From assembly GCA_963829355.1 (NCBI GenBank), contig CAWHHZ010000020.1, positions 4,278 to 68,277 of the forward strand: a stretch of 64,000 nucleotides of DNA, given 5' to 3'. The stretch is from an uncultured Acidobacteriota bacterium (GTDB lineage: Bacteria; Acidobacteriota; Thermoanaerobaculia; Gp7-AA8; JAHWKK01). The notes under the pieces are model-generated. The model saw only the letters and a list, made by a program, of their open reading frames with translations, searched no databases and was not told where the DNA came from. Below, piece by piece: positions 1 through 11,054 of the stretch (the first letter of the stretch is position 1; each line of letters opens with the position of its first letter). The translations under genes were made by a program, and so were the position numbers.

Positions 1-1
1 C

Positions 2-520
2 GGGCACTACCTCGGCGTTGACCGTGACAGGGAGGGGAGGGTGCTCGATGTGGCACTCGAGGACTACGCCGACTCTCTCGAAGAGATGAAGGCAGATCTC
101 GTCTCCCTCTTCACCGTCCATCAGCTCGCGGACGAGGAAGTGATCGGAGCGGAGCAGTTGCGGGCGATTCAGGCAAGCGGCATTCTGCGCACGCTACAGA
201 ACAACCGTCCCCGTAACGACCAGCCGTACCAGAGAATGCAGCTGGTTCAGTTCAACTGGTTTCTCGACCAGGGCCTGCTGTCGTGGGATGGAAGCGAGTT
301 GTCCATCGACTACGGTCGCTATCGCGCCACCGTGACGAGTCTTCTCGAGGAGGTTCTCGAGATCCAGTACCGGGGAGATGTCGAGAAGGCAGCCGGGTTC
401 TTCGACCGTTGGACCCGCTGGGACCCGAAACTTCATGGCGCTCTGGCCGCACAGATTCGCGACGCTCAGACAGTCCGCTACAGGCTCGTGAGATATTCGG
501 CTGAGCAATTGCAGCGCTGA
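2..520 (+). CDS. C-terminal part of a larger protein whose 5' end lies outside the window; function not assigned
   Basis: The frame is open from the first bases of the window through the listed ORF 41..520. No motif I can name with confidence. Confidence 0.45.
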   Translation, partial: GHYLGVDRDREGRVLDVALEDYADSLEEMKADLVSLFTVHQLADEEVIGAEQLRAIQASGILRTLQNNRPRNDQPYQRMQLVQFNWFLDQGLLSWDGSELSIDYGRYRATVTSLLEEVLEIQYRGDVEKAAGFFDRWTRWDPKLHGALAAQIRDAQTVRYRLVRYSAEQLQR

Positions 521-559
521 GAGCCGTCGACCGAACTCATATCAGGAGGAGATGAACTG

Positions 560-952
560 ATGACTGTCCCGCACGAGAACGTACAGAGCCCGCCACCGCC
601 CGTCCAGGGGCTCAACGACGAAGCGCGAAAGTGGGCGATGCTCACCCATCTGTCGGCGCTCGTTGGCCTGCTCGGCAACGGTATCGGGTTCCTTCTGGCA
701 CCGCTCATCCTGTGGCTCGTAAAGAAAGACAGCGACCCATTCATCGATGATCAGGGCAAGGAGGCGGTGAACTTCCAGCTCACCATGTTCATCGCGGCGC
801 TCATCGCGATCGTGCTTTCGTTCGTGCTGATCGGCATTCCCCTGTTGATCGTGATCGGACTGATGGCCGTGATCTTCCCGATCATCGCAGCAGTGAAGGC
901 GAATGAGGGTGAGTACTATCGCTATCCGCTCACGATCCGCTTCATCAAATAA
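560..952 (+). CDS. DUF4870-like small membrane protein
   Basis: AGGAGG lies upstream of the ATG. Two or three TM helices and a C-terminal EGEYYRYPLTIRF motif typical of DUF4870. Confidence 0.6.
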   Translation: MTVPHENVQSPPPPVQGLNDEARKWAMLTHLSALVGLLGNGIGFLLAPLILWLVKKDSDPFIDDQGKEAVNFQLTMFIAALIAIVLSFVLIGIPLLIVIGLMAVIFPIIAAVKANEGEYYRYPLTIRFIK

Positions 953-1215
953 GGGAGATATCGGGGGCGCAGGACTCCCGGTGAGCCGCCTGCGTCGTGG
1001 TTGCCATCAAGTGCTCGAGTGCATTGCAAGGAATCCGGACGGGGGATCGGAAAACACATCTCCCCCCGCCCACATCCCTCAGTCGCGATGAGGCCGCTCC
1101 TTCGGGATGACAGCGACGACAACCGCAATCACCTGTTGACAATCGTGAACTGATCACCAACGACGAACATCTAACATCTAAATCTAATGAGACTGACGAC
1201 TGACGACTGACCCCT

Positions 1216-2325
<1,110 letters not shown>

Positions 2326-2332
2326 CAACCTG

Positions 2333-2527
2333 GCCCAGGGCGTCAGCCCTGGGAAGGAGATCTCCCATCATCGACGTGCGAGGCCGCGAAGGCGGCCGAC
2401 ACGATGGACCAGGGTTGAGAATCGGTGCCATTGTGTCGCCCGCCTTTGCGGGCTCGAGACTGCAGGGGACCCTCGTTCCCCAGGGCTGACGCCCTGGGCT
2501 ACGTTGTTTCGCGCCGCCTGCGCGGCG
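2333..2527. repeat. Cluster of GC-rich hairpins (REP/MITE-like) downstream of the antiporter gene
   Basis: CCCAGGGCgtcaGCCCTGGG at 2333-2352 recurs inverted as CCCAGGGCtgacGCCCTGGG near 2479-2498. A further hairpin GCGCCGCctgcGCGGCGC lies near 2508-2527. Confidence 0.55.
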
Positions 2528-2688
2528 CTGTAGGGCCGCCTGATCGGATCCTTAATTCAACGCCATTACGGCTTCAGCCGGGGTAACCGTCGCCACTGAG
2601 AACACGCAAGCCCGCGAAGTGGGGCGACAGAGAATGACGCAAGAGTCACCGCGTACGCGCCCGGAGGAAGAATGCTACTCCCGTTCGA

Positions 2689-3192
2689 TCAACTTTCGGC
2701 CAGACCCTTACGACTCTCCTCCGCGGCTCGCAGATTCTGTTCGATACTGCGCCGGACAGCGGGGGTGTCAGCCTGCGGGGAGAGAGGAACCTGACCGATC
2801 GCCATGACGCGCTCGATCATCTCGCCAAGCTCTCCGACCGTGAGCTCCTCGAACACCTCGTACAGCCCGCCGGGGTTTTCCTCGAGCGGATTATGCAGCT
2901 CGAGAATGGACCGGATCGTTTCGACCTCTACGGTTGTCGGTGGAGGGACGAGGAGTGAGGCGAGGGCGGCATGATCGAGATGGATCTGCTGCTCGACGGC
3001 CGTCGAGCCGCGGCGGCGCCGGATCTCGGGAAGAAGAATCTTCTCCTCGATCGCGATGTGTCTCAGAAGTCCGCGCCGGAGCTCGTCGTAGATCTCCGCG
3101 TCGATTGTTCCGTTCGCGCGGATCGAGCTATCGAGAAGGGCGTCGAGTCGCGCGTGATCATCGGACAGATACTCGTAGATCTGAGCAGCCAT
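2689..3192 (-). CDS. Hemerythrin-like (HHE cation-binding) domain protein
   Basis: His/Glu-rich helical repeats (DDHARLDAL, LLRHIAIEEKILLPE, HLDHAAL). The first ATG is at 3192; the track ORF begins at a TTG at 3198. Confidence 0.6.
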   Translation of the reverse strand: MAAQIYEYLSDDHARLDALLDSSIRANGTIDAEIYDELRRGLLRHIAIEEKILLPEIRRRRGSTAVEQQIHLDHAALASLLVPPPTTVEVETIRSILELHNPLEENPGGLYEVFEELTVGELGEMIERVMAIGQVPLSPQADTPAVRRSIEQNLRAAEESRKGLAES

Positions 3193-3243
3193 GCCCAATG
3201 GTACAGGAGCGCCGGCAGAGTGCCAGCGCTCCCCACTGTGGCA

Positions 3244-4164
3244 TCAGCCTGTTGAGACGCCAGCAGGTTCCTCCGTCCCTTTCCGATCAGAGTCACGGTC
3301 AGCCTCCTTCGGCACCATGACGGACATGACCGGGCAGGGGGCGTGGCGCGTCACACGCTCGGTGGTGGTGCCCAGGACGGTCGTGTTTGCAAATCTTTTG
3401 TGCTGCGCGCCGATCACGATGAGATCCACACGCTGCTTTTCCGCATAGGCGATCACCTCCTCGGCTGCGTTTCCTCGACGCACCAGTACCCTGAGGTCAC
3501 AAAGTCTCCTGAGACTCTCGGGAACCCACTGATGGAGTCTGCGCGAAATGTCACCGATGTCAGCGACCTCCTCAGCCTCCAGCAGGTGAAGGGCCACGAC
3601 CTCGGCTCCCAACAGCGACCCGAGTGTTCCGGCATGCATGAGTGCCTCGAGAGCGACGGTCGTGAGGTTGACGGGACAAAGGATCGTCATGATCTCCTGA
3701 GACTCCAGCGGATGCTTCCTTTGCGGAACGGTGATGACCGGCCTTGTGGTCCGGAACTGGACTCCCTGAACGACCGACCCGATGAGGAACGACATGAACG
3801 GATTTCTCCCGTGTGTTCCCATGATGATCAGGTCGGCATTTTCCTCGTCCGCGGTGTTGCAGATTGACGAGATCGGATATCCGGAGGCCGCCCTCGCCAC
3901 CACCTTCACGTTGGGGGAGAAGTAGTCAGTCGTCATCTCCTGAAGTTTTGCCTCGGTCCTCCTGGAAAGGTCATTCATCGCACGAGCCATCGTGTCGTCA
4001 TCGAATGATCCATAGTCGACGAAGCCGATCGGTGAGATGGCGTTGAAGAGGATGGCTTCTGCGCCCACAGTTTCGACGAGGTCCGCCGCGAAGGCGATTG
4101 CAGGTTCGGAAGCTGGAGTGAGGTCGGTTGCGACCAGGATCTTCTTCAGTTCGAAGGCGTCCAT
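3244..4164 (-). CDS. Tandem universal stress protein (UspA) domain protein
   Basis: Two Usp domains (KKILVATD...ADLIIMGTHGR and ...VDLIVIGAQHK). The ATG at 4164 is preceded by GGAGAC. Confidence 0.8.
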   Translation of the reverse strand: MDAFELKKILVATDLTPASEPAIAFAADLVETVGAEAILFNAISPIGFVDYGSFDDDTMARAMNDLSRRTEAKLQEMTTDYFSPNVKVVARAASGYPISSICNTADEENADLIIMGTHGRNPFMSFLIGSVVQGVQFRTTRPVITVPQRKHPLESQEIMTILCPVNLTTVALEALMHAGTLGSLLGAEVVALHLLEAEEVADIGDISRRLHQWVPESLRRLCDLRVLVRRGNAAEEVIAYAEKQRVDLIVIGAQHKRFANTTVLGTTTERVTRHAPCPVMSVMVPKEADRDSDRKGTEEPAGVSTG

Positions 4165-4290
4165 AGGAGTCTCCAATGGAACGGGCTTCGGTGGCCGGAG
4201 ACCACAGTCCCGTCCTCACTATCAATGTAGGTCCGAGACTGGGGGGAGGCGATGTGTGTCAGCACAGGGCGATGTGACGCAGAGCCGCAA

Positions 4291-4420
4291 CTGTCATCCT
4301 GAGCGCCAGCGAAGGATCGGGTGGGTCCTGACTGTCGCGTACTTTCCGTCCTGACAGTAAAGCCTTACGCGATCCTTCGACCGTCCTTGCGCTGCGCGCT
4401 CCGGCGGCTCAGGATGACAG
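4291..4420. repeat. Long imperfect inverted repeat (MITE-like)
   Basis: Left arm CTGTCATCCTGAGCGCCAGCGAAGGATC (4291-4318). Right arm GATCCTTCGA...GCTCAGGATGACAG (4371-4420). Confidence 0.6.
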
Positions 4421-4442
4421 TTCTCGCGGCGGCGTTCGGATC

Positions 4443-5159
4443 TCAGATCGAGACCATCTGGGCGAGGCGCTCGCGGTCCGTGAGGACGAACGTTGAACCG
4501 CGAACTTCGAGAATCTTTTTCTTCTTCAGGTCCGCGAGCGAGCGCGTCACCGTCTCGCGGGTGGTCCCGATCATCTCGGCGATCTCCTCGTGCGTGAGAA
4601 GGACCTGGAATCTCGAGTCGCCGTTCGGTTGGAGCGAGTGCTCAGACCAGTCGAGAAGAAGTCTGGCGAGCCGTTCGGCCGTGGTCGATGAGAGTCCGAG
4701 ATTTCGAACGTCCCGCTGTGCAGCGTTGTACGACATCGCCAGCGACTGTGCGCTGTGCATACAGGCGTCTACGTGTCGGGTGATGAAGCGCAGGAAATCG
4801 TCGCGGCGTACCGAATTGACCTGACACGGCTCCAGTGTTTCGCCGCTGACCTCGTACGCCCTGTTTCCTACTGTAGCGCTCAGCCCGAGAACCTCACCGG
4901 CTTCCGCGATCCGGAGGATCATCTTACGGCCTTCCATCGAGGAGGTCGTCAGCTTGACCCGCCCACTGCAGATGATGAACACGCCGCGCGCAGGTTCTCC
5001 CTCGGAGAAGATCACGGATCCCTTCGGATAGACGGAGGTGAACTTGATCGAGTCGAGCTCCGCCACGGCCTCCTCGCCGAGATTGCAGAAAGGACGTTCT
5101 GCACGGACAGAGCACTTGTTGCAGTTCGACTCGAGATTGAGGTTGTATGGAGTGGGCAT
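4443..5159 (-). CDS. Crp/Fnr family transcriptional regulator with an N-terminal Cys cluster (Fnr-like)
   Basis: cNMP-binding fold plus a C-terminal HTH (THEEIAEMIGTTRETVTRSL). N-terminal CNKCSVRAERPFC plus later Cys residues. Confidence 0.8.
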   Translation of the reverse strand: MPTPYNLNLESNCNKCSVRAERPFCNLGEEAVAELDSIKFTSVYPKGSVIFSEGEPARGVFIICSGRVKLTTSSMEGRKMILRIAEAGEVLGLSATVGNRAYEVSGETLEPCQVNSVRRDDFLRFITRHVDACMHSAQSLAMSYNAAQRDVRNLGLSSTTAERLARLLLDWSEHSLQPNGDSRFQVLLTHEEIAEMIGTTRETVTRSLADLKKKKILEVRGSTFVLTDRERLAQMVSI

Positions 5160-5262
5160 CTGCTGGTGTTAATTAAGGCCCATCCAGCAAAATTTCGCAA
5201 GTCAGCGGCCGCGCAGGCCTCTCGAGTAAGACGAAAGTTCTGCCTGCCGCCGTCGCCCCGAG

Positions 5263-6381
5263 GTGATGTCGGATCACCTCCGGACGTGCGACCTGACACC
5301 TCGCATGGCATGTCGACCCGCTATCGTTATGTCTGGACCACCCGCCCTGACCAGACAAGCGCTTTCGAGCCGGAGGTGTCGGATGAACCCCACGGGACGG
5401 CTGAAGGAAGTTACGATTCAGGGAGCTGGTGAACCCGATCGCGCGTTCGGCGCCGAGCGGAATTCGCTCTGCTTCTCGGAGTTGATCCTGCTGATCGACG
5501 AGTTGGCCGAGATGCGCCATCCGCCTGAAGTCGTCAGGTTTGAAGGCTTCCGGGCGTCGTCCGACACGATCCGCCTGCTCGAGTACACGCGGGCACGCCG
5601 GCTGAGTCCCAGAGTGAGGCTGTCTTTTTCCGATCTGTCCGTCGAGGCGGTGGAGGAGATCTCAGGCGAAACGGGCGCGATCATCGTCATACCGATCGAG
5701 GGCTCCATCGGCCGGAGTGGAGGGGACAAACCGATTCGCGTGGCCGAGCATGCAGCGTCGGTCGGGATCGACCTCGAGATCGAGACATTGCTCCGGCCCT
5801 TCGATATCAGAGGGCTGGAATCGCTGGCGCGATTCGTCAAGGCATCCGGATTTCGCTGGTGGCAGGTAGACTTTCTCGGGCACCCGTCCCGCGGCGGTGG
5901 GCTGCTTCGAGGACGTGAGATTGCCCGCACGTTCTCATTTCTCAACGGACTCCGAAAGCAAATGAAAACCGTGATCGAGATCAGAGAGGCCCCCTCCTTT
6001 ATCCGGTTCATGGAAGCGAAACGTGCGAGGGGACATGAGCAGCCGGGGATGATCCGGGTCGTGACCAGCCGCGACACACTCTTCGTCAGTGCCGCGGGGG
6101 AGGTGACACCGGGCAGAGCTCTGAATCTTGCCGTCGGAGACGTCAGGGAAACCGAGATCGATCGTATCTACACCCACTCTCCTCTCCTGATTGCTCTGCG
6201 CGACCCTGAGCGCCTCAGCGGCAGGTGTGGATCGTGTGAGTTGAATGCCATCTGTGGTGGCTCCCGCGCACGAGCATGGCGTGTCTCGCGGAATCTACTC
6301 GCGGAAGATCCGGGATGCTACAGAGCGCGGTCCTCGAGCACTGCGATCTCCACCGCAGGCCTGAGAGCGGATCACACTTGA
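5263..6381 (+). CDS. Radical-SAM/SPASM-like protein without a canonical CxxxCxxC motif
   Basis: GAGEP (GGEP-like) motif and a C-terminal SPASM-like CGSCELNAICGGSRARAW...DPGCY. The expected cluster loop reads CDLTPRMAC instead. The start codon is uncertain. Confidence 0.45.
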   Translation: MMSDHLRTCDLTPRMACRPAIVMSGPPALTRQALSSRRCRMNPTGRLKEVTIQGAGEPDRAFGAERNSLCFSELILLIDELAEMRHPPEVVRFEGFRASSDTIRLLEYTRARRLSPRVRLSFSDLSVEAVEEISGETGAIIVIPIEGSIGRSGGDKPIRVAEHAASVGIDLEIETLLRPFDIRGLESLARFVKASGFRWWQVDFLGHPSRGGGLLRGREIARTFSFLNGLRKQMKTVIEIREAPSFIRFMEAKRARGHEQPGMIRVVTSRDTLFVSAAGEVTPGRALNLAVGDVRETEIDRIYTHSPLLIALRDPERLSGRCGSCELNAICGGSRARAWRVSRNLLAEDPGCYRARSSSTAISTAGLRADHT

Positions 6382-6455
6382 CGACATGTGTCGACAGCCG
6401 CAGTGACTGTTTCGACGAAGTTTCCGCACTGGGATCAACGACTGCAACCTGAGGC

Positions 6456-8129
6456 TTACGAGCGATCCTGTGATTCATCTGCTCGAGTCGCATCGAGATG
6501 CCGTCCCAACACGAAGACACGGGACGAGTCGCCGTGCACGAGGTTGACGCCCTCGATCTCCGAGAGACTGATGAGGCCGAGTTCCCCGGTCATTTCCTCA
6601 GCCTTCCGCAGCTCTTTTTCCGTGGCAATGAGCACACCCTGTTCGTTGCGACGAGACCATTCGACGACGTCTTCGCCACCTTTCAGCATCTCCACTCTGC
6701 CCCGATCGAGGTAGAAGACGAGACTCGGCTCGGTGTACCCCACTGCGGCAACGGGCACATCAGGGGAGGTCAGGGTATTGACGGCCGCGACGATCGAAGG
6801 AGTCAGCTTCATCTCTTCGGCAGCAGGCACGATGAAGAACGCGAGCATCGCCTGCATCAGAAACGCTCCGACGAGCTGCAGCCGGACCGTCCTTTCGACC
6901 TGACCGGGACCGGACCGGAGTCCGAACAGAGTCATTGTGGTCGTGAGAATTCCGAGGCCGAAGAGCTCCGCGGCGAGACCATGGATCTGGAGAAACCACG
7001 CCCCGACCAGGAACGTCGCGGAGAGCAATCCGCCACCGATACCGAACAGTATCTTCCCGGCTCTTCCCGCCGCAATCGCGTCGTTTCCGTCGAAGTCGAG
7101 TGATCCGGCCACCACGAGCGCCAGCGCAGGCCAGACCGGGAGCACGTAGTGTGGCAGCTTGGTCGCGACCAGCGTCATCAGGATCAATGTCGGGATAATC
7201 CATCCGAGAAGCACCGCGCGACTTCGAGAATCTCTCTCCCTCCCTTGCCATAAACGCCGCAAAGCACCCGGCAGGTAGAGCGTCCAGGGGAAAAAGGCCA
7301 GCGCAATGATCACCAGATAGTAGGGAAGGAAGAGAAAGAAATCGCCACCGTGAGACTCCAGCGGCTGCATCGATCGTTGCAGAACGTGATAGCCGAGACC
7401 GCGCGAGGCGAGCTCACCACCCGTCGCGCGATTCGCGGGAAGACCCCAAAGGAGAAGAAGGACGACTCCGATCAGCACAGCGACTGCCAGCCCGCCCCAG
7501 TCTCTCCGGTTCGAAAGGATGGCGGAGCGATCGAGCCACCAGGCGCCCGCGGCTCCGAGAACAACCACGGCGAGACCAACAGGTCCCTTCGTGAGCAGCG
7601 CGCCACCAAAAACGATTCCGAGAAGAGCGACCCGCCCGAACGAGAGGGAACCGGGAGGCGCCGTGATCAGAATCGCGAAAGCTCCGGTGATCCAGGCGAG
7701 CAGAAGCGCGTCAGTCGTCGCCGCGGATCCGCTCACGAGAAGGAGCGGTGTGCTCGCCAGAATGAGTGAGGCGAGGATTGCGCGCCGGGGTCCGAAGAGG
7801 CGGCGTCCGATCAGAAACGTCAGGAAGCAGACGATTCCCGCTGCGAGTGGCGCGACACCCCGGGCTCCGAGCTCCGTCTGCCCGAAAAGGCGGATCGGAA
7901 CCGACATCAACCAGTAGATGAGGATCGGCTTGTGCAGCCGCGGTTCGCCATTGAAGGTGGGAACCAGCCAGTTCCCTGACTGCATCATTTCCACCGTGGC
8001 GCGTGCAAAGCGCGGCTCGTCACGATCCCAGAGCGAACCGGCCGATGCGACGACGCCGTACCAGACGATGACCGCGAGGCCAATCCCGATCGCAAGGCGA
8101 ACGCCGCCGGAGCGCTCAGCGTTGATCAT
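6456..8129 (-). CDS. ArnT/PMT-like glycosyltransferase family 39 membrane protein
   Basis: DEPRFARATVEMMQSGNWLVPTFNGEPRLHKPILIYWLM motif and many TM helices. The ATG at 8129 overlaps the stop of the upstream PAP2 gene. Confidence 0.8.
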   Translation of the reverse strand: MINAERSGGVRLAIGIGLAVIVWYGVVASAGSLWDRDEPRFARATVEMMQSGNWLVPTFNGEPRLHKPILIYWLMSVPIRLFGQTELGARGVAPLAAGIVCFLTFLIGRRLFGPRRAILASLILASTPLLLVSGSAATTDALLLAWITGAFAILITAPPGSLSFGRVALLGIVFGGALLTKGPVGLAVVVLGAAGAWWLDRSAILSNRRDWGGLAVAVLIGVVLLLLWGLPANRATGGELASRGLGYHVLQRSMQPLESHGGDFFLFLPYYLVIIALAFFPWTLYLPGALRRLWQGRERDSRSRAVLLGWIIPTLILMTLVATKLPHYVLPVWPALALVVAGSLDFDGNDAIAAGRAGKILFGIGGGLLSATFLVGAWFLQIHGLAAELFGLGILTTTMTLFGLRSGPGQVERTVRLQLVGAFLMQAMLAFFIVPAAEEMKLTPSIVAAVNTLTSPDVPVAAVGYTEPSLVFYLDRGRVEMLKGGEDVVEWSRRNEQGVLIATEKELRKAEEMTGELGLISLSEIEGVNLVHGDSSRVFVLGRHLDATRADESQDRS

Positions 8130-8937
8130 GCAACGTCGCCGGTTTCCACGCCAGAACAAGCCCAACGAAGAGCACGGCGGGGCCCCAGACCGATCCAAAT
8201 GTGTCCCAGTACCCGGTCGATTTCGCCCATACGATCCGCGAAGCAATGAAGAGCACGATCGCGAACACGCCGAGAGAAGCCACCATACGACCAGACATCT
8301 CGATCGTCCTGAACCGTCTGGTCATCGCGAGACACCCGCAGAGTAGCCCGATGAGGATCCCCGCCGTCACATCGGACACATGATGGTATCCACCCGAGAC
8401 TCGAGCGAGTGAGACACCTATGATCAGTGCAGTCATAAGGGGAGCCGTCGCTGGAAAATCGACGACGACCGGAATGGCCACTGCCGCTAAGGACGCCACG
8501 TCTCCACTCGGAAACGAGCGATGGTCCGCTCCGTTCGGACGCTCGACGTCGGTAAAGGCCTTCAGCGGAGTGACCATGGCCGCGACGAGGATCAGAGCGA
8601 TGAGAACACGGCTCGTGAGACGGCGCCACCCGTGAATCCCGAGCATCAGGGCGAGGACGACCAGGATGTCGGCCTTCCCCCATGGCTTGAAAACCGTCTG
8701 AAGAGTGTGTGTGATCTCGAGGCTCATCGAGGTCTCGATCGACCCCGTAGCGGCTTCGTCGAGTGCATGCATCCGATGCCACGCCTGCATCAACGTGTGA
8801 TCCCCCGCCAGCGGCAGCGCGATAACGGTGAGAGTCAGAACGAACAGGATCAGGAGCGGCCAGCGCTTCCTTCCAGCCGTCAGCGGATCCCGCGGGACCT
8901 CGGCGACCTGCTCTGTCTGAGTGTTTCTGCGGATCAT
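8116..8937 (-). CDS. PAP2 family phosphatase (membrane)
   Basis: PAP2 motifs ERPNG, PSGD and SRVSGGYHHVSDV. The internal ATG at 8937 is preceded by GAGGGA. The 5' extension of the track ORF looks spurious. Confidence 0.75.
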   Translation of the reverse strand: MIRRNTQTEQVAEVPRDPLTAGRKRWPLLILFVLTLTVIALPLAGDHTLMQAWHRMHALDEAATGSIETSMSLEITHTLQTVFKPWGKADILVVLALMLGIHGWRRLTSRVLIALILVAAMVTPLKAFTDVERPNGADHRSFPSGDVASLAAVAIPVVVDFPATAPLMTALIIGVSLARVSGGYHHVSDVTAGILIGLLCGCLAMTRRFRTIEMSGRMVASLGVFAIVLFIASRIVWAKSTGYWDTFGSVWGPAVLFVGLVLAWKPATLHDQR

Positions 8938-9362
8938 CTGTCCCTCACGGACTGATCGACACAATGGGGGGCGCTGGGATGGTGAAGCGTCTGACTCCTC
9001 TATCGAAACGAAAAATATCGGACGGAAGATTCCACTCGACACAAACCGTCTCTTTCGTTGCTCTCGGCTATACATCCTCTGCTGGATCGGAAGACGATCG
9101 CCCGGAGTCGTACGATGGAGGCTCCCGCCCGGGCACCTCCAGGTCGGGTAATCTTCCATCCTCTCGCGGAAGATCGGGATGCTGCGGGCCATGCCCACGA
9201 GGCTCGGGTTTTCGGTCGCTGAGCTCAGACCCGGCCACTCCTGAGCTGGTGTACGGGCAGGCGATCGAGAAATGCCGGGGTGGCGCCTCGAGCGGTTCCT
9301 CTTTTGCAGTATGTCATCCGATGTCCCCCTGCAGCTCAACTGCAACAGAAGGAGAAACTGAA

Positions 9363-10823
9363 ATGAGATCCAGATATCTGATTCCGACAGCCCTGTTACT
9401 GCTCATGTTTTCATTGCCGGCGCTCGCGTCCACCTACCAGGTAGAACTGGGTGGAGGCCTCTCGAATGATCCGGACGGGAGCGGGACGGCGATCCTCACG
9501 ATCGAGGGAAACGCGATCGGCTACACGGTGACCTACGAGGGGATCGGAACGCCGGTCGGTGCGCAGATTCACGCGGGTGCCATCGATGTTGTCGGTGACG
9601 CGGTCGTTGATCTGACGCCGAGCTTCGGTTCGACTTCCGCAAGCGGATTCGTCGAAGCTCCGGCCAATGTGATCCAGTCGATCATGGACAGCCCGGGAGG
9701 TTTCTATCTCGAGATCAGCACCGGAGAGTTTCCCGATGGTGCCATCCGCGGTCAGCTCGAGCAGGTCGCGTCGGGTTATGACTCGCTGACGCTCGTGCTG
9801 GAGGACGTGGATACGTTTCCATCCCAGTGTCCGACGAACGCGTCTGGTATCGTCACGCTCGATTTCAGAGCGGACGCCATCGACTACACATTCCAGCTCG
9901 AGAACGTGCAGAATCCCACGGCAGCGCACATTCACACAGGCACGGAAGTCGAAACGGGACCGATCCTCGTCGACCTGAATCCCCACTTCACAGGAGGTAT
10001 CGCCACGGGATCGGTCCCGATCACCGCCGCAATGAGGGCAGAGATTCTCGCGAACAGGGGCCGTCTCTACGTCAATGTCCACACTGCGGATCATCCCGAT
10101 GGAGCCCTGCGCGCGCAGCTTGGACATATGCACGTCCTGCCAGTCGTGGGCCGCGCCGTCGGTCAGAACAACACCAACTATGTCACGGACCTCGTTGTGG
10201 CGAACCACGGACCCAGGACGAGAATACAGATCGACTTCTTTCCCTCCACGCTCAGCGGACTCGATGAGCCGGTCGCCTCCCGAAGCATCACGCTTCCGGA
10301 GAGCTCACAGCTGGTGCTCAATGATGTCGTCGGCAGCTTCTTCAACGAGGCTACGCTCGGTGCGATGACGATCGTTTCGTCCGGATCGATCGAGGCGGTT
10401 GCACGTGTCTCGAATGATCTCAGAGCTCAGGGACTTGGAACGAACGGCTTCTTTGTGGAAGCCGAGCAGCTGGTGAATGTGGAGAAGAAGGGTCTCCTCA
10501 CGTTCCTTTCTCATGCATCGGCCACCGAGATACAGGCGCGTGAGGGGTTCAGAACGAACATGGGGTACTTCAACCCGTTGGATACGCCGTCGGAGCTCAC
10601 GCTGACGATCCGCTCAGGGAGCAATGGCGCGGCGATCGGAACCACCACGATCCTCGTCGGTCCCTATCAGCACCTCCAGCGGAGCATCTCTCAGCTCTTC
10701 CCGGACGCGTCCGCCGAGGCGCTGGACAGCTTCTACGCGACCTGGAGCTCCACGCAGCCGATGTATGTCTATGCCGCAGTGACGGACAACTTTACTGGAG
10801 ACGCGATGCTCCTCCAGGACTGA
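9363..10823 (+). CDS. Secreted protein with two CHRD-like domains
   Basis: Signal peptide MRSRYLIPTALLLLMFSLPALAST after GGAGAA. Repeated IHAG/IHTG...VVDL and PDGAIRGQL/PDGALRAQL motifs. Confidence 0.55.
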   Translation: MRSRYLIPTALLLLMFSLPALASTYQVELGGGLSNDPDGSGTAILTIEGNAIGYTVTYEGIGTPVGAQIHAGAIDVVGDAVVDLTPSFGSTSASGFVEAPANVIQSIMDSPGGFYLEISTGEFPDGAIRGQLEQVASGYDSLTLVLEDVDTFPSQCPTNASGIVTLDFRADAIDYTFQLENVQNPTAAHIHTGTEVETGPILVDLNPHFTGGIATGSVPITAAMRAEILANRGRLYVNVHTADHPDGALRAQLGHMHVLPVVGRAVGQNNTNYVTDLVVANHGPRTRIQIDFFPSTLSGLDEPVASRSITLPESSQLVLNDVVGSFFNEATLGAMTIVSSGSIEAVARVSNDLRAQGLGTNGFFVEAEQLVNVEKKGLLTFLSHASATEIQAREGFRTNMGYFNPLDTPSELTLTIRSGSNGAAIGTTTILVGPYQHLQRSISQLFPDASAEALDSFYATWSSTQPMYVYAAVTDNFTGDAMLLQD

Positions 10824-10853
10824 TTCTCACTGAGGGGCTGTGAAAAGATCTGG

Positions 10854-10885
10854 AAAGCCCGTCGGTCTCCGACGGGCTTTTTTTG
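10854..10885 (+). terminator. Rho-independent terminator
   Basis: AAAGCCCGTCGGtctcCGACGGGCTTT followed by a T-run, about 30 nt after the CHRD gene stop. Confidence 0.7.
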
Positions 10886-11054
10886 ATCGATCTTCATCGC
10901 CGTCCTGGTTGCGTCCGCATTGATTGTGGCCGCTTTGATGATCCAATCTGCAGCGGCCGCGTGTCGAAGTGGATCAGCCGGGACCGGAATTCGTGCGTGC
11001 GACCGGCAAGTGCGCCACCTGAGTGATCTCCGGCGTGCTCCGAACAGTTCCTGA

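Noticed and set aside
8964-9362. 5' extensions of the CHRD-like ORF (start 8964) and of the PAP2 ORF (to 9345)
   Set aside because: The two extensions overlap each other on opposite strands. Internal ATGs with good SD sequences and a signal peptide or TM start give conventional gene lengths.
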